Part shown: in pieces, positions 19,801-29,292 of the stretch
Position numbering within the stretch: position 1 is the first letter of the stretch
How the letters are laid out: each line of letters starts with the position of its first letter
Virus record (IMG/VR): IMGVR_UViG_3300012936_000003
Location: 1-64,000 of that record
Direction: 5' to 3' (one strand)
DNA: 64,000 nucleotides
Source of the DNA: a virus
The notes under the pieces: generated by a model
What the model saw: only the letters and a program-made list of their open reading frames with translations
Told to the model about the DNA's origin: nothing
Databases searched by the model: none
Made by a program: the position numbers and the translations under genes

Positions 19801-22800
19801 TACTAGCGTGTTTTTAGTCTCATTCATCTTGCTTATTTGTTGAAGCATCACTTCTGTCGTGGCGCTAGTAATTAAGGAGTCCGGAAGAACTCTACCTAAA
19901 AGAGAATCACCCGTCAGTGGAGTCCTTGCAGCCGTGTTTGGAACAAACTCAGGACAGGAATAGGCTTCTCTGAATCTTTGTAGAAGTTGAGGCGAGCCAA
20001 GCTCATAGCCTCCATCTTCCGCAAATCTTTCATACTCTTGTTGTGTACATTCGTTCTGTACTTGATCCGAGAGTGCTGTAAGTTCATCGCCAAAAATTCC
20101 GATGTTTCTGTTGTAAGATTCTCTGGTGAAAGCTGTTCTTTCTTCTTCTGTTCGTACTCGCCCAATAGATTCAGCCATACTCAAGTCTCTTGCCACAGCG
20201 CCCTGAATTACATTAAAGGCTGGTGTTCTAATAAAATCTTTCAACACGAGATAATCATCGGTGTTAATCTCGGGGATCACCAAAGGAGGTTGCTCAAGTT
20301 TATAATAGGTTTCCAAGTCTGACTGCTGATTACCTGCGAAAGCAGCCCAGTCCACCGCCATGCCAGATTTAATTGCGTTGAATAGAATGCCCGGTGCAAA
20401 GAAAGGTTGCAAAGCTGCCTGCTCTGTACGGGCTCGTGAAAATCTCTGGTTGTCGTTTTCGCCCGTCACGTGATCTTTGACAACACTATCATAAAATAGT
20501 GACCCCAACTGAACCGCTCTTTGCGAAGGATAAAATCCATTGTATGGTAAAAGTTTTTTAATGGCGCTAACTTCTAGGCGCATCATTAAATCTGTACCCT
20601 CTTGTTTTAATGCCTTGTGGTCTTCTCTAATTTTCTCTATGTGGCTAATCTTATCTGTATGTGAATAACACTTAAAGAAGTCTTCTTTCCAAACATATTC
20701 CTCGCATCTGGGCGATTCATGGAAAGGTACTCCGATTCTCCACCAACCAATTAATTCAGCACAAGCTGAATTTGCGTCTTGCTCAATCTGCTGGTTTCCA
20801 ATCGTATCGGCGGCGGTGCTAATAAGTTCCGTAATATCCGTACTATCTTCTTCCGGTGAGGATCCATCTACAACATCTGCTATCTCAGTAATGTCTTCCA
20901 ACTGTGATAATTCTTCTTCCGCTTCAATGACAACTTGGGCGGGCGTTTGGAGCGACGAGAATGCTGATTGAAAGCCCTCAACTTCGTTGGGAGAAATTCT
21001 TGGAATACCCAAGGGGTTTCCATTGTTCCCTAATCCTGTTGTAATAATTCCACTGGTTACTTGTTCTTGTAACTGAACAGCAGCTTGTGCCTGAGAAGCG
21101 AGATCAGATCCAAGACCTGTAAGGTCAAAAGGTTGTAAGTCTGCTGCCTCTACAATATTGAACTGTAATTTAAAGCCTCTAAATTCCTCGCTCTGCACAC
21201 CTTCGTCTACTTTTTCTTTAATCTTACATGCATTCACAAAATCTCGCCACTCTGCAAAAACCTCATTGGGGTTTTCACACTGGTTTTCATAAATTATTTC
21301 CGCTAAAGTGCATCTAACGTCGCTCGCAAAAGCACTAACAAACGTACTTCCGGCTGGGGCGTTATCCTCACCAGAAGTCGGCTCAGCAGGATTTTTCTTT
21401 CCATAATATTCCTCAAAGTCCACATCAAAAAACCACTGATTTTCAACAGAGTTGTGAGGCGTGTTTCGCACCTGTGATTCATCCCACGCAGCGTTAACAA
21501 TGCCGGGGTTTCCTCGGTAAAGAACTAAATCAGTAGCCTTTCCATTGAAAGTCCCGAGTTTCATAGTTGAGAAGGCAGCAGGGAAAAAAGCATCATAAAA
21601 CAATGAACCATCATGAGTTCTTACGTTCTCTGCGGGATTTATAATCTTTGCAGCCTGAAGACACTCTTTATCTTGCGTTGATAAAACACGAACACCGTTA
21701 ACGAAAAGCAGAACCTTGTGTCTGTCTGTTGAAGAACCCTCGGTGACATAACCACCCACATAACAAACTGAAATGTTTGACCAACCATCATTCATTATCT
21801 TGGCATAGTCATCAAACTCACCAAAATAAAGTTTGTTTCCAACATTATCTTCCCAGACAATCAATGTCTTTTCGTGATCTAGGTAGAGCCTACTCTCCAC
21901 AATCCTTCTAGCAGGCAAGGTTTGAAACTTTTTATTTACATCCATGAGCTTTTGAATCAACGATTTCTTAGAATTCATAAGAGGCGTGATTCTATTCATT
22001 TCCTGCGTGAGAGTATCAATGCTTCTATCTAGGCTTCTACGAGTGGCGCTGTTCATAGCTGTAATTAATCTTCTTTGAGCACGTCTAGAAGAAAGAGCTT
22101 CCCATTGACGATCATATTGTCTTAAAGACTCAAGCTCCACACGAAGATCATAGACGGTGCCATCAACCTCCAACAGTTGAGATTCAGGCTCGCCCGATGC
22201 AATGGTTCCTGACGTAAACTCGTAAATAACCGACTTTCCGGTAGAGCCCCTGAAGTTAAACCAACATGACGTAAAAACAACACTGTCCCACAAACTTAAA
22301 ATTTTGTTTGCATTACCTGAAGTTTCTACCGCAGGATTCCAATAAGGGAGAGCCTTTTGTGCTGGCGATAACGGCAAGCCCTTTGCAAAGGCGAAACCTT
22401 CTTTGGAGACGCTACGCAAGTTTTGATTTTCAATAAATTTTGCAAAGTCAAGTTGGAAGGTCATGCCTTTGACAAATGTTCCTACCGGATATTCTTCTCC
22501 GCACTTCCAATTGCCCTTGATAATATTGGTATCTAAAGAAGCCGGTGGTTCAATGTTTACATAACTATCTAAAATCCTGTGAGCCTCGCCGTAGTCGTTA
22601 TCTTCTTTGTCAAGAAGTTCCAGACCAGAAACCTTACCCGGTGCGAAGTCGTCATAACCGTTGGCAAAGTTTGGCTGAATTAGTGTGCCGGTATCCAAGT
22701 CAAGAGTTTCCTTCATGCTCGTTGTACCATCCCAAGAGAAATAATAACCTGCACCTCTGGTGGATTCATACCTTTGACCACTAAACTCTAGTTCCGGGTG

Positions 22801-25800
22801 TACACCGGGTAGCTCTAAAATTCTTTTGTTTTCTGCCAAGAAGTTTCCGGCGTTGTCATTAATATAAAACTCTAGGTGAGACGAAACATTGTACTCTGGT
22901 GTTAAAGTGTAGTTTTGCCCGATAAGACGAATGTCTTTTGAATATTCATCATAGTCGTCGTGCCAAGGAGTATTGTTTGAAATCTCCGCAGCTTTCCATT
23001 TCCAAGCATACTCACGACCTTCGCCATCAGGAGCGTGCGGGTTGTGGATAAATTGAAGTCTAGGTCGTGGAGCCATCCAAACCTCTAGACCTTTCTCCAT
23101 GTCATCTTTTTCTTGTGGCTGTTGACCCTGAGAAGTGTAGCCTGAATACTGTGGAAGACCTGCCCAAGCAAGATCGCCTCGTAGGGCAATATTACCACCG
23201 TCAGAAAAGTCTCCGGAAAGAAGTCTTTCTTGCGGAGCGTATTCTAGAGCCCAGACAGAACTTCTTCTGACCGGCTCTCCAAAAGCGTTTCTGCCTGCAA
23301 ATCTTTCCTCGTTATAACTGTAGCGTGTTCTCTCACGCAACCCATCAGCAGCCCAAAAAGTTCTAATCATGGATGAGCGGCGATCATAGCCATTTTGTCC
23401 AGACTCCTCCTTGTAAAATCTTCTTCTTCTGGTTTTGTCTAGAGTTGCATTTCTATGCTTCGGAAAAATATATTCCGAGTAAATCATCTCAAACATTTCC
23501 GGCGTGTTTCTTTCATCAGATGCGTATTTCTCTACTAAAACATCATAAATTTGTTTAGCCGTCTTTTTTAATCCCATTCTCTTGTCAAGATATGGGTTTG
23601 AGAACACCTCAACATTGTTACTGTAAGAGTGTACAACCACGCCCGAACTTGGAGAACCCGGAAACTGCATCTTGTGCCTCATCGGAAGGTTCCACGAAAC
23701 CGCTGGTTCTACATAACTTTGGGCAGTCTGCGCTCTAGTCTCTCTAAACGTTACAAATTTATTAACGCCCTGAACTCTTATTTCTTTAGGCAGATCAACC
23801 ATTGAGAAAATATTATTTTTTCTCTGATTCACAACAATCTTGTTTTCAAAGTTTCTAATCTGCTTCCAAGAGGGGTGCTGATATGGACCATCTCTGTGAA
23901 GGAGCATATCGTTCAAAGAAAGACCGTCTTCGTTGCTCGGATCAAGAATAGCAAACGTGTCTTCGCTGTTAATATCCAGCCCACGAATAGCAGACATACT
24001 GGAAATCTCGGAACAGCCTCTGTCAAACGATTCGTCCACAACGTCTTCGTAAGTTTTCGGGTGATGCCCACTCTCATCATCATAAGAAATAAAGGTGTTT
24101 AAGAATGGAAACCCTTCTTCAATGATCACTTGCCCCTGTTTCTTCTTAACCACGCTCTTTCCATACGCAGAAACCTCACCCACAAACTCGGTCGGACTGG
24201 TGGCGGTCTCTGGGTGGTATGCCACAGCATTCGGATACTGTGTTGCGTACCCCCATGGACATACAGTGTAGCGCACTGCTTCGCCTTCAACTTCTTCAAA
24301 AATTTCTCTACGTGTGGAAGAATTAATCCAAGAATACTGATAACCACTTCTTGGCAACTGGTGTGTGACCCAGAAATTATCATGCGTTTCTTTACAGCGA
24401 TAGTCCGTTAAAATTCTTCTTGCGTATTCTTCTTCATCACATTCACAGCACGGATCAACTTCTTCTGGAATTTCATTCTCAAATGCATCAATGTGACTAA
24501 ACGCTTCGGGTCTATATGCCGTATTCCTATGGTTCTTGTGATAGTTCGCCTCGCAAAAGACTTCCAAGTCTCCCGGAGATTCGCAGTCATCTACAGGTCT
24601 TCCCCTGTAGTAGCTTCTATAGCCCCAACGCTTTGTGTGGTAGGTTAACCAGTTAGCCAGATGTGTTCGCACATCAAGGTTTCTAAAGTTCAAGGAGTTA
24701 TAAACTGCAAATTCCTCAGCCTCAACATCCATCATACCTCGTGAAAGAGTGTCTGGACCGCCGGGTGAGGAAAATCTTTCTACAAAGATGTGTTCATTTC
24801 TACCTCTGTCCGGTAGTGTGAAATCATACATTCCGACGACATAATCAGACTCCGTAGAGTATGTTGACATTTCATCCAGTCCTTCTTGCTCAACTAACCA
24901 CCTGTTGTTCAAACTTCTCCCGGAGGTTTGAACTACCTCGTAATCAAATTGATAGTTTCCATAAGAAGACTTAATATTTCTAATGTTTACAGGTCTCTTT
25001 GCCTTTTCGTCTCTATAATATGTCGCCTTGGGTTGTTCATCTGACAGTGGATAGAAGGTTCCTGACTCAAAGTTCCACGCTTCTGGTCTTTCTCCTTCAT
25101 CAAGATCTCTAGGGTGAAGGAACGGGAAGACGTGCCTGCTTTGAAGACCTCCGACGTTGACACTAGGGAAGATACCCTGAAGTGGAACATCTTTGTCTTC
25201 ACCGTAAGTGTCAGAGTGGTTGCTGTTCCAGTAAGTCTCTCCTGTCAAAATATTTTCGTTTAGTTCGTAAAGTGAGTAGCTGCTGCCGTTGCTGCCGCCT
25301 GCCTCAATATTTAAACGTTTATTAAATAAAGGGTTCCCTCTCAATTCTTCATCAAGACAAACGGAATTTGCGGCTTGAGTTGTTTCTCTAACTTCCACAA
25401 CCCCACGGTCTGCCAATTCTGCCCTGACGTAATCAATTTTCTTGTTCTTTTTATTATTTACACCACCATGAATAGACTTCTGGACTTCCATGCCAAACCG
25501 GTACGGTGTTGACAAACTTCTCAACGCAAACGTCTGTCCATCGTAAGATCTTGTAATCCCGCCCACCTCGTGAGCGAGCTTCTTCTCAATGTAGTCTCCG
25601 CTATTCTTAGTCGTCGCCACATGCAAGATTTGTGCCCGTGCATCATCTACGTCTTCGTCGCCAGTTTGGAGCACTCCGTCTCGTTCAGCACGTTCTTTCC
25701 ACCACAAGCACTTTTGTGCTTCGTCTTCTTCCATGGAAGCATGACCAAACTTCCAATTGTAAAGCATCTCATTAATACCCAGAACTGCCGTCTCGGGTGG

Positions 25801-28800
25801 CTTCTGCTTCATCTCCAATGTCGGGAACTTCGTCCAATACTTGTTTCTCTCTAGAACGTGGCTTTCAATCATCGTCCTCATATCATCAGAAAAATTAGCG
25901 GAGGCTGGAATCAACTGTTTGATCATCTCGCTGATGGAGTTGTCAATCCATTTATAAAATTGAATATATTTTTCTACTCTTGGCGCTTCTTCAAATCTCT
26001 GGAAGAATAGTTGTCGTAGTTTATTTAAGTTCTTGTATTCCATCCTGTATCTGTTTACAGGCTCGCCGATCAAATTGTTGAAAGTTTTAATTCCAGCAAA
26101 AGCGTGAACAATCTCTTGAGAAATTGCCTGATACATGCTCTTTTCTACTGCCCAAAAATAATTCACGGGGCGAATGTTTTTTACAAAACGGTCGTCGTCT
26201 TGAGTCAGAAGCTGAATCGTGTCAGTTGAACCAATGATCTCCGGAAGATTCTGTTTTGCAGCGAAAAGAAAATTTTTGTCCACTACGTGGCGATCTTCAG
26301 GGTAGTAATAATCTCCCTTACCCGTGTGCTGTCTCTTTACAGTGTTTCCAATCCACCCGTACCTTCCGGTTGGGGCAGCTTCTTCGTTTGAGCCGATAGA
26401 AACATCGTCAACGTAGAAAAACGAGTCAGACAAAATATCCATAATACCGTCTACGCCGTCGGACACGCTTGACAAAGTTACCGTCGCAAAGTCCCAGTAA
26501 AGACACAGTGTGTCAATTTGCGGAACTCTAGGTCCGACACTCTGTTGCTCAAAATAAGCAGACTTGTAAGGATCTCTAACACCATAATTGTCAGGATCCT
26601 GTGCATGATACTTGATAGTCTCATTGTCCAAGTAATCTTGCCAGTATCTAACTTCACCGATTTTAACATCCGACTGGTTTACCGTGCCCTCAGAGTTATC
26701 GTTGGTGTCTCTATACTCTGCACCCAAGAACAATCGCTTGTTAGCGTTAAGTGCACTCTTTGCTGCTGCTGCGTCAAGTTCTGCTTCAAATAAAAATTCT
26801 TCTTGTGTCTGATCTAGAATGGTTGAAATACCGTAGAACTCTAAAAAGTATTTTACGTTCTCATCAGACTTGTATACAAGATCTGGTCTCTTGTCTGTTC
26901 TGACCCTAACCGCAAAGTTCCATCTGGTGTTGTCATAAACATCATGGAAGAATTCAGTCTCAAACACACCTTCGTGGTATTCATTGTCTGCGTTTGGGGC
27001 GAATCCAAAGCCACGAACATCAAGTCTGAACTTAGCCTTCGGGCTTCTGTCTTTTTCTTTAATTGACACAACCCTGAAACCAAAATCAGGAGCATCAACC
27101 CATGTTAAATCTTCTTGTGCGTCTTTCGCCTGATGCATACCGAAGATAGAACTAGGTCTCTCGTCCGTGAAACCGAAATCCATTTGATAATAGTTCGGGT
27201 GATCAATCGGCAACTTCTTAGGGAAGATGACAGTTGTCTGCATCGTGAACGGAATAAAATCTAAACCTCCGTCGTCAGTACCTGCAATGTAAGATACACT
27301 GTGTGGATTGTCAGGCTCAAGCGTCTGATACACGGTTGAGTCATGCCTGTCAACATCGTTGAAATCAAGAAAGTTTTTCTTGACAGACACAGATCTATAT
27401 GAATCTTTTAACCTATGTGTTACGCCGTCGCCATACAAATTAATCTTAATAAGCTCGTCTCCAACACCGAAGCACCGCAGAAGGTTTCTGAAAGACTTTT
27501 CAGTGCCCTTTGCCTTGTAAATGCCGACAATGTTGTTATACACGTTTTGATAAATAAGGTTCTTAACGTTGTGAAGTTTTTCTTCAAAGACACGTTCTTC
27601 GTTCCTGTTGGAAAGCGCCTCAAGAATTGTCGTGTCTACAAAAATTTCTGGTGCTACAAAACCCACCGACTCAAGCAAGTGTTTGGCAAACGGCAATGGC
27701 TTCTCGCCGTCTTGAACATAATGTGTATTTGTAATTGACGGTAGCGCCTCAATCTGCAAGTGTAGCGTGTCAAAGTAGCTTGAAATAATCTGGCTTAAAC
27801 CTAGTAGTCCCTGTGTTCCTTCTTCGTCAGCAGTCGTAATCCACTCTGGCATGGTGTTATATACTGCCGAGTTGTTTGTCATGTCGTGAGAATTACCCTC
27901 AAGCCTTTTTTCTTCCATTAATTCCTGAACGCTTGGGTGGGTTCTATAAACAATAGGATCCTTGTACTCTGTGTTGTTTACTCCCGGCTTCTCATCAATA
28001 GCCGAGCCGGAATCTCGGACGAGCAAAGAATAGTTTACAATAGAACCGTTTGACACACGACCGGAGTAATCCAAAACCTGAACATCAAAAGGACTAATTT
28101 TTTCTGAATTGTAAGTTCCCTCGTTAAATTTATAGTATACACCGAGGTCTGTGTTTGGCTCATCGGAGTTAGCGCCGCCGTGGACCTGAGTGAACCAGTT
28201 TCTACCAATTTGTTCTGAAGTCCTCACAGACTTCCAGAAGCGAAACTCATCATAACTCGCACGTGCTGAGGCGAAGCCGTAAAAATTTTCTTCGGACGCA
28301 GGGTCAGTCTTGTATTGTAGGGCACCAAGGGTCGCTGTCAGGTGATTTGTTTCTCCGACAAACGAACCTACGACTGTGCCGTCAGAAACCTCGTCAACCA
28401 TCTCCCCGTTAATATACAACCTAAAGACGATGGCGTCATCAGCATTAAACGCAGAAACAGAAAAATGATTCCACGAATTTAAATTTAGACTGCTCGGTAA
28501 CACCTCTCTGCTTCCGATGGCAACATCTGTGGCACCAGCAGAGCCAGAAACGTAAGTAACGTTTACGAGATTCTTGTCGGAATCTTTGTCCTCTGGCATT
28601 TGTACCAAAAATCTACAATACTGTTCAGCATCAATGTCTCTGTTGTTCCAAAGATCAAACAAACAGATACTACCATCTATATCAGCACGTTCTTCATCTA
28701 GTTTAAACCAGAACTCAACAGTGTTCCCGAGAGTGCCATCGCAGAACAGGTTTGATTCCCTCTGCATCTCTGGATTCCAGATGTTGCTCTTTCCAAGACC

Positions 28801-29289
28801 CTCTGGATATTCTTTTCTTAGTTCACCAGTTTCATTAATTGGTGTTGGGTTAGGTCCACCTTTGACATAAATAAACTGTGAATTTTGTAAATATCTGTAA
28901 CCATCAAGTACACCCATCTGCGGATGTGCTTCGGCATCATTGAACTTTACATAACCCGTAGTTCTTGGGTATTCGTTTTCAAAAATATAGTTATCAATGT
29001 AAGTGGCGTTATTGTGCCACGCTGTCTTCTCAGCCAAAGAACCGTCATATGGGTACGTGTTCAGGACAGAGTTGATAGCGTCTATATAATACTTCTCTGC
29101 CGAGCCGTACCGAGCGAAAGTTTTAGGGTCGTCAAAGTCTACACTGATACGAGGAACAAACCTAGTCTGGTCAATGTTCCTCTCATCTACGTGCTTGGAT
29201 GATTCTCCGTCTCGCTTTACAGTTTCTTCGTATTTCTCAACAGTTAGAATCTGATTTGACCGTTTTCCAAAAAGGTCTTTAATACTCAT
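16849..29289 (-). CDS. Giant baseplate wedge/tail protein (gp7/P2 gpI-like segment plus several LamG/concanavalin-like domains), 4146 aa
   Basis: LamG patterns (TVEFWF…WNHFSVS…LYINGEMV…YDEFRFWK; WNFAVRV…IGEVRYWQ; FTSCWFN…WSNISVCY…LFVNGVRV), wedge motif IYKAKGTEKSFRNLLRCFG; located downstream of the gp25 and gp6/J genes. Confidence 0.7.
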   Translation of the reverse strand: MSIKDLFGKRSNQILTVEKYEETVKRDGESSKHVDERNIDQTRFVPRISVDFDDPKTFARYGSAEKYYIDAINSVLNTYPYDGSLAEKTAWHNNATYIDNYIFENEYPRTTGYVKFNDAEAHPQMGVLDGYRYLQNSQFIYVKGGPNPTPINETGELRKEYPEGLGKSNIWNPEMQRESNLFCDGTLGNTVEFWFKLDEERADIDGSICLFDLWNNRDIDAEQYCRFLVQMPEDKDSDKNLVNVTYVSGSAGATDVAIGSREVLPSSLNLNSWNHFSVSAFNADDAIVFRLYINGEMVDEVSDGTVVGSFVGETNHLTATLGALQYKTDPASEENFYGFASARASYDEFRFWKSVRTSEQIGRNWFTQVHGGANSDEPNTDLGVYYKFNEGTYNSEKISPFDVQVLDYSGRVSNGSIVNYSLLVRDSGSAIDEKPGVNNTEYKDPIVYRTHPSVQELMEEKRLEGNSHDMTNNSAVYNTMPEWITTADEEGTQGLLGLSQIISSYFDTLHLQIEALPSITNTHYVQDGEKPLPFAKHLLESVGFVAPEIFVDTTILEALSNRNEERVFEEKLHNVKNLIYQNVYNNIVGIYKAKGTEKSFRNLLRCFGVGDELIKINLYGDGVTHRLKDSYRSVSVKKNFLDFNDVDRHDSTVYQTLEPDNPHSVSYIAGTDDGGLDFIPFTMQTTVIFPKKLPIDHPNYYQMDFGFTDERPSSIFGMHQAKDAQEDLTWVDAPDFGFRVVSIKEKDRSPKAKFRLDVRGFGFAPNADNEYHEGVFETEFFHDVYDNTRWNFAVRVRTDKRPDLVYKSDENVKYFLEFYGISTILDQTQEEFLFEAELDAAAAKSALNANKRLFLGAEYRDTNDNSEGTVNQSDVKIGEVRYWQDYLDNETIKYHAQDPDNYGVRDPYKSAYFEQQSVGPRVPQIDTLCLYWDFATVTLSSVSDGVDGIMDILSDSFFYVDDVSIGSNEEAAPTGRYGWIGNTVKRQHTGKGDYYYPEDRHVVDKNFLFAAKQNLPEIIGSTDTIQLLTQDDDRFVKNIRPVNYFWAVEKSMYQAISQEIVHAFAGIKTFNNLIGEPVNRYRMEYKNLNKLRQLFFQRFEEAPRVEKYIQFYKWIDNSISEMIKQLIPASANFSDDMRTMIESHVLERNKYWTKFPTLEMKQKPPETAVLGINEMLYNWKFGHASMEEDEAQKCLWWKERAERDGVLQTGDEDVDDARAQILHVATTKNSGDYIEKKLAHEVGGITRSYDGQTFALRSLSTPYRFGMEVQKSIHGGVNNKKNKKIDYVRAELADRGVVEVRETTQAANSVCLDEELRGNPLFNKRLNIEAGGSNGSSYSLYELNENILTGETYWNSNHSDTYGEDKDVPLQGIFPSVNVGGLQSRHVFPFLHPRDLDEGERPEAWNFESGTFYPLSDEQPKATYYRDEKAKRPVNIRNIKSSYGNYQFDYEVVQTSGRSLNNRWLVEQEGLDEMSTYSTESDYVVGMYDFTLPDRGRNEHIFVERFSSPGGPDTLSRGMMDVEAEEFAVYNSLNFRNLDVRTHLANWLTYHTKRWGYRSYYRGRPVDDCESPGDLEVFCEANYHKNHRNTAYRPEAFSHIDAFENEIPEEVDPCCECDEEEYARRILTDYRCKETHDNFWVTHQLPRSGYQYSWINSSTRREIFEEVEGEAVRYTVCPWGYATQYPNAVAYHPETATSPTEFVGEVSAYGKSVVKKKQGQVIIEEGFPFLNTFISYDDESGHHPKTYEDVVDESFDRGCSEISSMSAIRGLDINSEDTFAILDPSNEDGLSLNDMLLHRDGPYQHPSWKQIRNFENKIVVNQRKNNIFSMVDLPKEIRVQGVNKFVTFRETRAQTAQSYVEPAVSWNLPMRHKMQFPGSPSSGVVVHSYSNNVEVFSNPYLDKRMGLKKTAKQIYDVLVEKYASDERNTPEMFEMIYSEYIFPKHRNATLDKTRRRRFYKEESGQNGYDRRSSMIRTFWAADGLRERTRYSYNEERFAGRNAFGEPVRRSSVWALEYAPQERLLSGDFSDGGNIALRGDLAWAGLPQYSGYTSQGQQPQEKDDMEKGLEVWMAPRPRLQFIHNPHAPDGEGREYAWKWKAAEISNNTPWHDDYDEYSKDIRLIGQNYTLTPEYNVSSHLEFYINDNAGNFLAENKRILELPGVHPELEFSGQRYESTRGAGYYFSWDGTTSMKETLDLDTGTLIQPNFANGYDDFAPGKVSGLELLDKEDNDYGEAHRILDSYVNIEPPASLDTNIIKGNWKCGEEYPVGTFVKGMTFQLDFAKFIENQNLRSVSKEGFAFAKGLPLSPAQKALPYWNPAVETSGNANKILSLWDSVVFTSCWFNFRGSTGKSVIYEFTSGTIASGEPESQLLEVDGTVYDLRVELESLRQYDRQWEALSSRRAQRRLITAMNSATRRSLDRSIDTLTQEMNRITPLMNSKKSLIQKLMDVNKKFQTLPARRIVESRLYLDHEKTLIVWEDNVGNKLYFGEFDDYAKIMNDGWSNISVCYVGGYVTEGSSTDRHKVLLFVNGVRVLSTQDKECLQAAKIINPAENVRTHDGSLFYDAFFPAAFSTMKLGTFNGKATDLVLYRGNPGIVNAAWDESQVRNTPHNSVENQWFFDVDFEEYYGKKNPAEPTSGEDNAPAGSTFVSAFASDVRCTLAEIIYENQCENPNEVFAEWRDFVNACKIKEKVDEGVQSEEFRGFKLQFNIVEAADLQPFDLTGLGSDLASQAQAAVQLQEQVTSGIITTGLGNNGNPLGIPRISPNEVEGFQSAFSSLQTPAQVVIEAEEELSQLEDITEIADVVDGSSPEEDSTDITELISTAADTIGNQQIEQDANSACAELIGWWRIGVPFHESPRCEEYVWKEDFFKCYSHTDKISHIEKIREDHKALKQEGTDLMMRLEVSAIKKLLPYNGFYPSQRAVQLGSLFYDSVVKDHVTGENDNQRFSRARTEQAALQPFFAPGILFNAIKSGMAVDWAAFAGNQQSDLETYYKLEQPPLVIPEINTDDYLVLKDFIRTPAFNVIQGAVARDLSMAESIGRVRTEEERTAFTRESYNRNIGIFGDELTALSDQVQNECTQQEYERFAEDGGYELGSPQLLQRFREAYSCPEFVPNTAARTPLTGDSLLGRVLPDSLITSATTEVMLQQISKMNETKNTLVRVINNLTYTREVKTRSYISTSTRMLTKTPSFRIPFEALVSLGSYIPQTNSAEQSKIFFLAPSYYNNVEEADVQPEYPYFEWTGNQNPLYEMAMNNFLAEVPNFFLRGGKFTTFASSPENKFKTVKAGWTYYMDVHLYKTNNFDMVYSPHDGERLRIGRADSSGNEFTTHGRYFGPPMQYLTDAEMNDKEVSFMPSADPAQAAYVPPYFYGRAKARLKFVAQRDGQPTLEEILNNLEIDYINEEMDSLFSSRSSSEQVSGGELLRTIQDYAWKKVPAYEARMPMEACIKFDGKANEKKTSFAAINTAYDYSPDGVARLAPQRVEDDVAGGTGVWVISPRFECPTFNFKSESNLNYIADSDQPCGTGIWGGYGTIPSNQEGIFISLEESFKRHEKPNQPLTCKITNEEIFAVALGIQNDVRLMHENVITLEDPFGGIEAVTIGQPTNAEQISPWGQEAIDKDVSAYLDLGFLDSELEERRTPFSSAAKIRTSLTSPSEKLGGNQPSKMSGQYDIEAYLEAEKWQTDMFSVWNESGATVPLASDVANAIEYHINYLYKRFPKSFPWKASVVWVHPNDYQNGKVRGSAKKAGEEQLKKYPEYNKLQTVLQAIVQIEYDYSRAPTGAKKVNETPKVSLSVNQDSIKNPNGRLGIRYLTETSALDWTRDRFEPELQENRDFYRISSTRKIIDCIQTVGSLIDVCGFTATKSRIGEVAASKEISEAVIMIPFVDNPIIADDVASTTQVGGRNFFKISEQLFAETFANVAAGEPAIVQGKTYNVAADIPETSVSEMIKKLQKYNMPPQYDFLKYRQISPFVTYVFEFSDELNSDDLSNIWQGLMPQRAKVAEQDTEIIQHELNEVNFFEGKKVPENVRWIVFRAKKKAKTNYWEMTADSVDDDRFKFDFTFGTDLKPDYSYNWPYDFCSLVELCRVKGGISVTPKLSADNLRLDPILSEVEKQKIISDAHSQAAVTRNIQAVGLTNWEGDE

Positions 29290-29292
29290 TCT

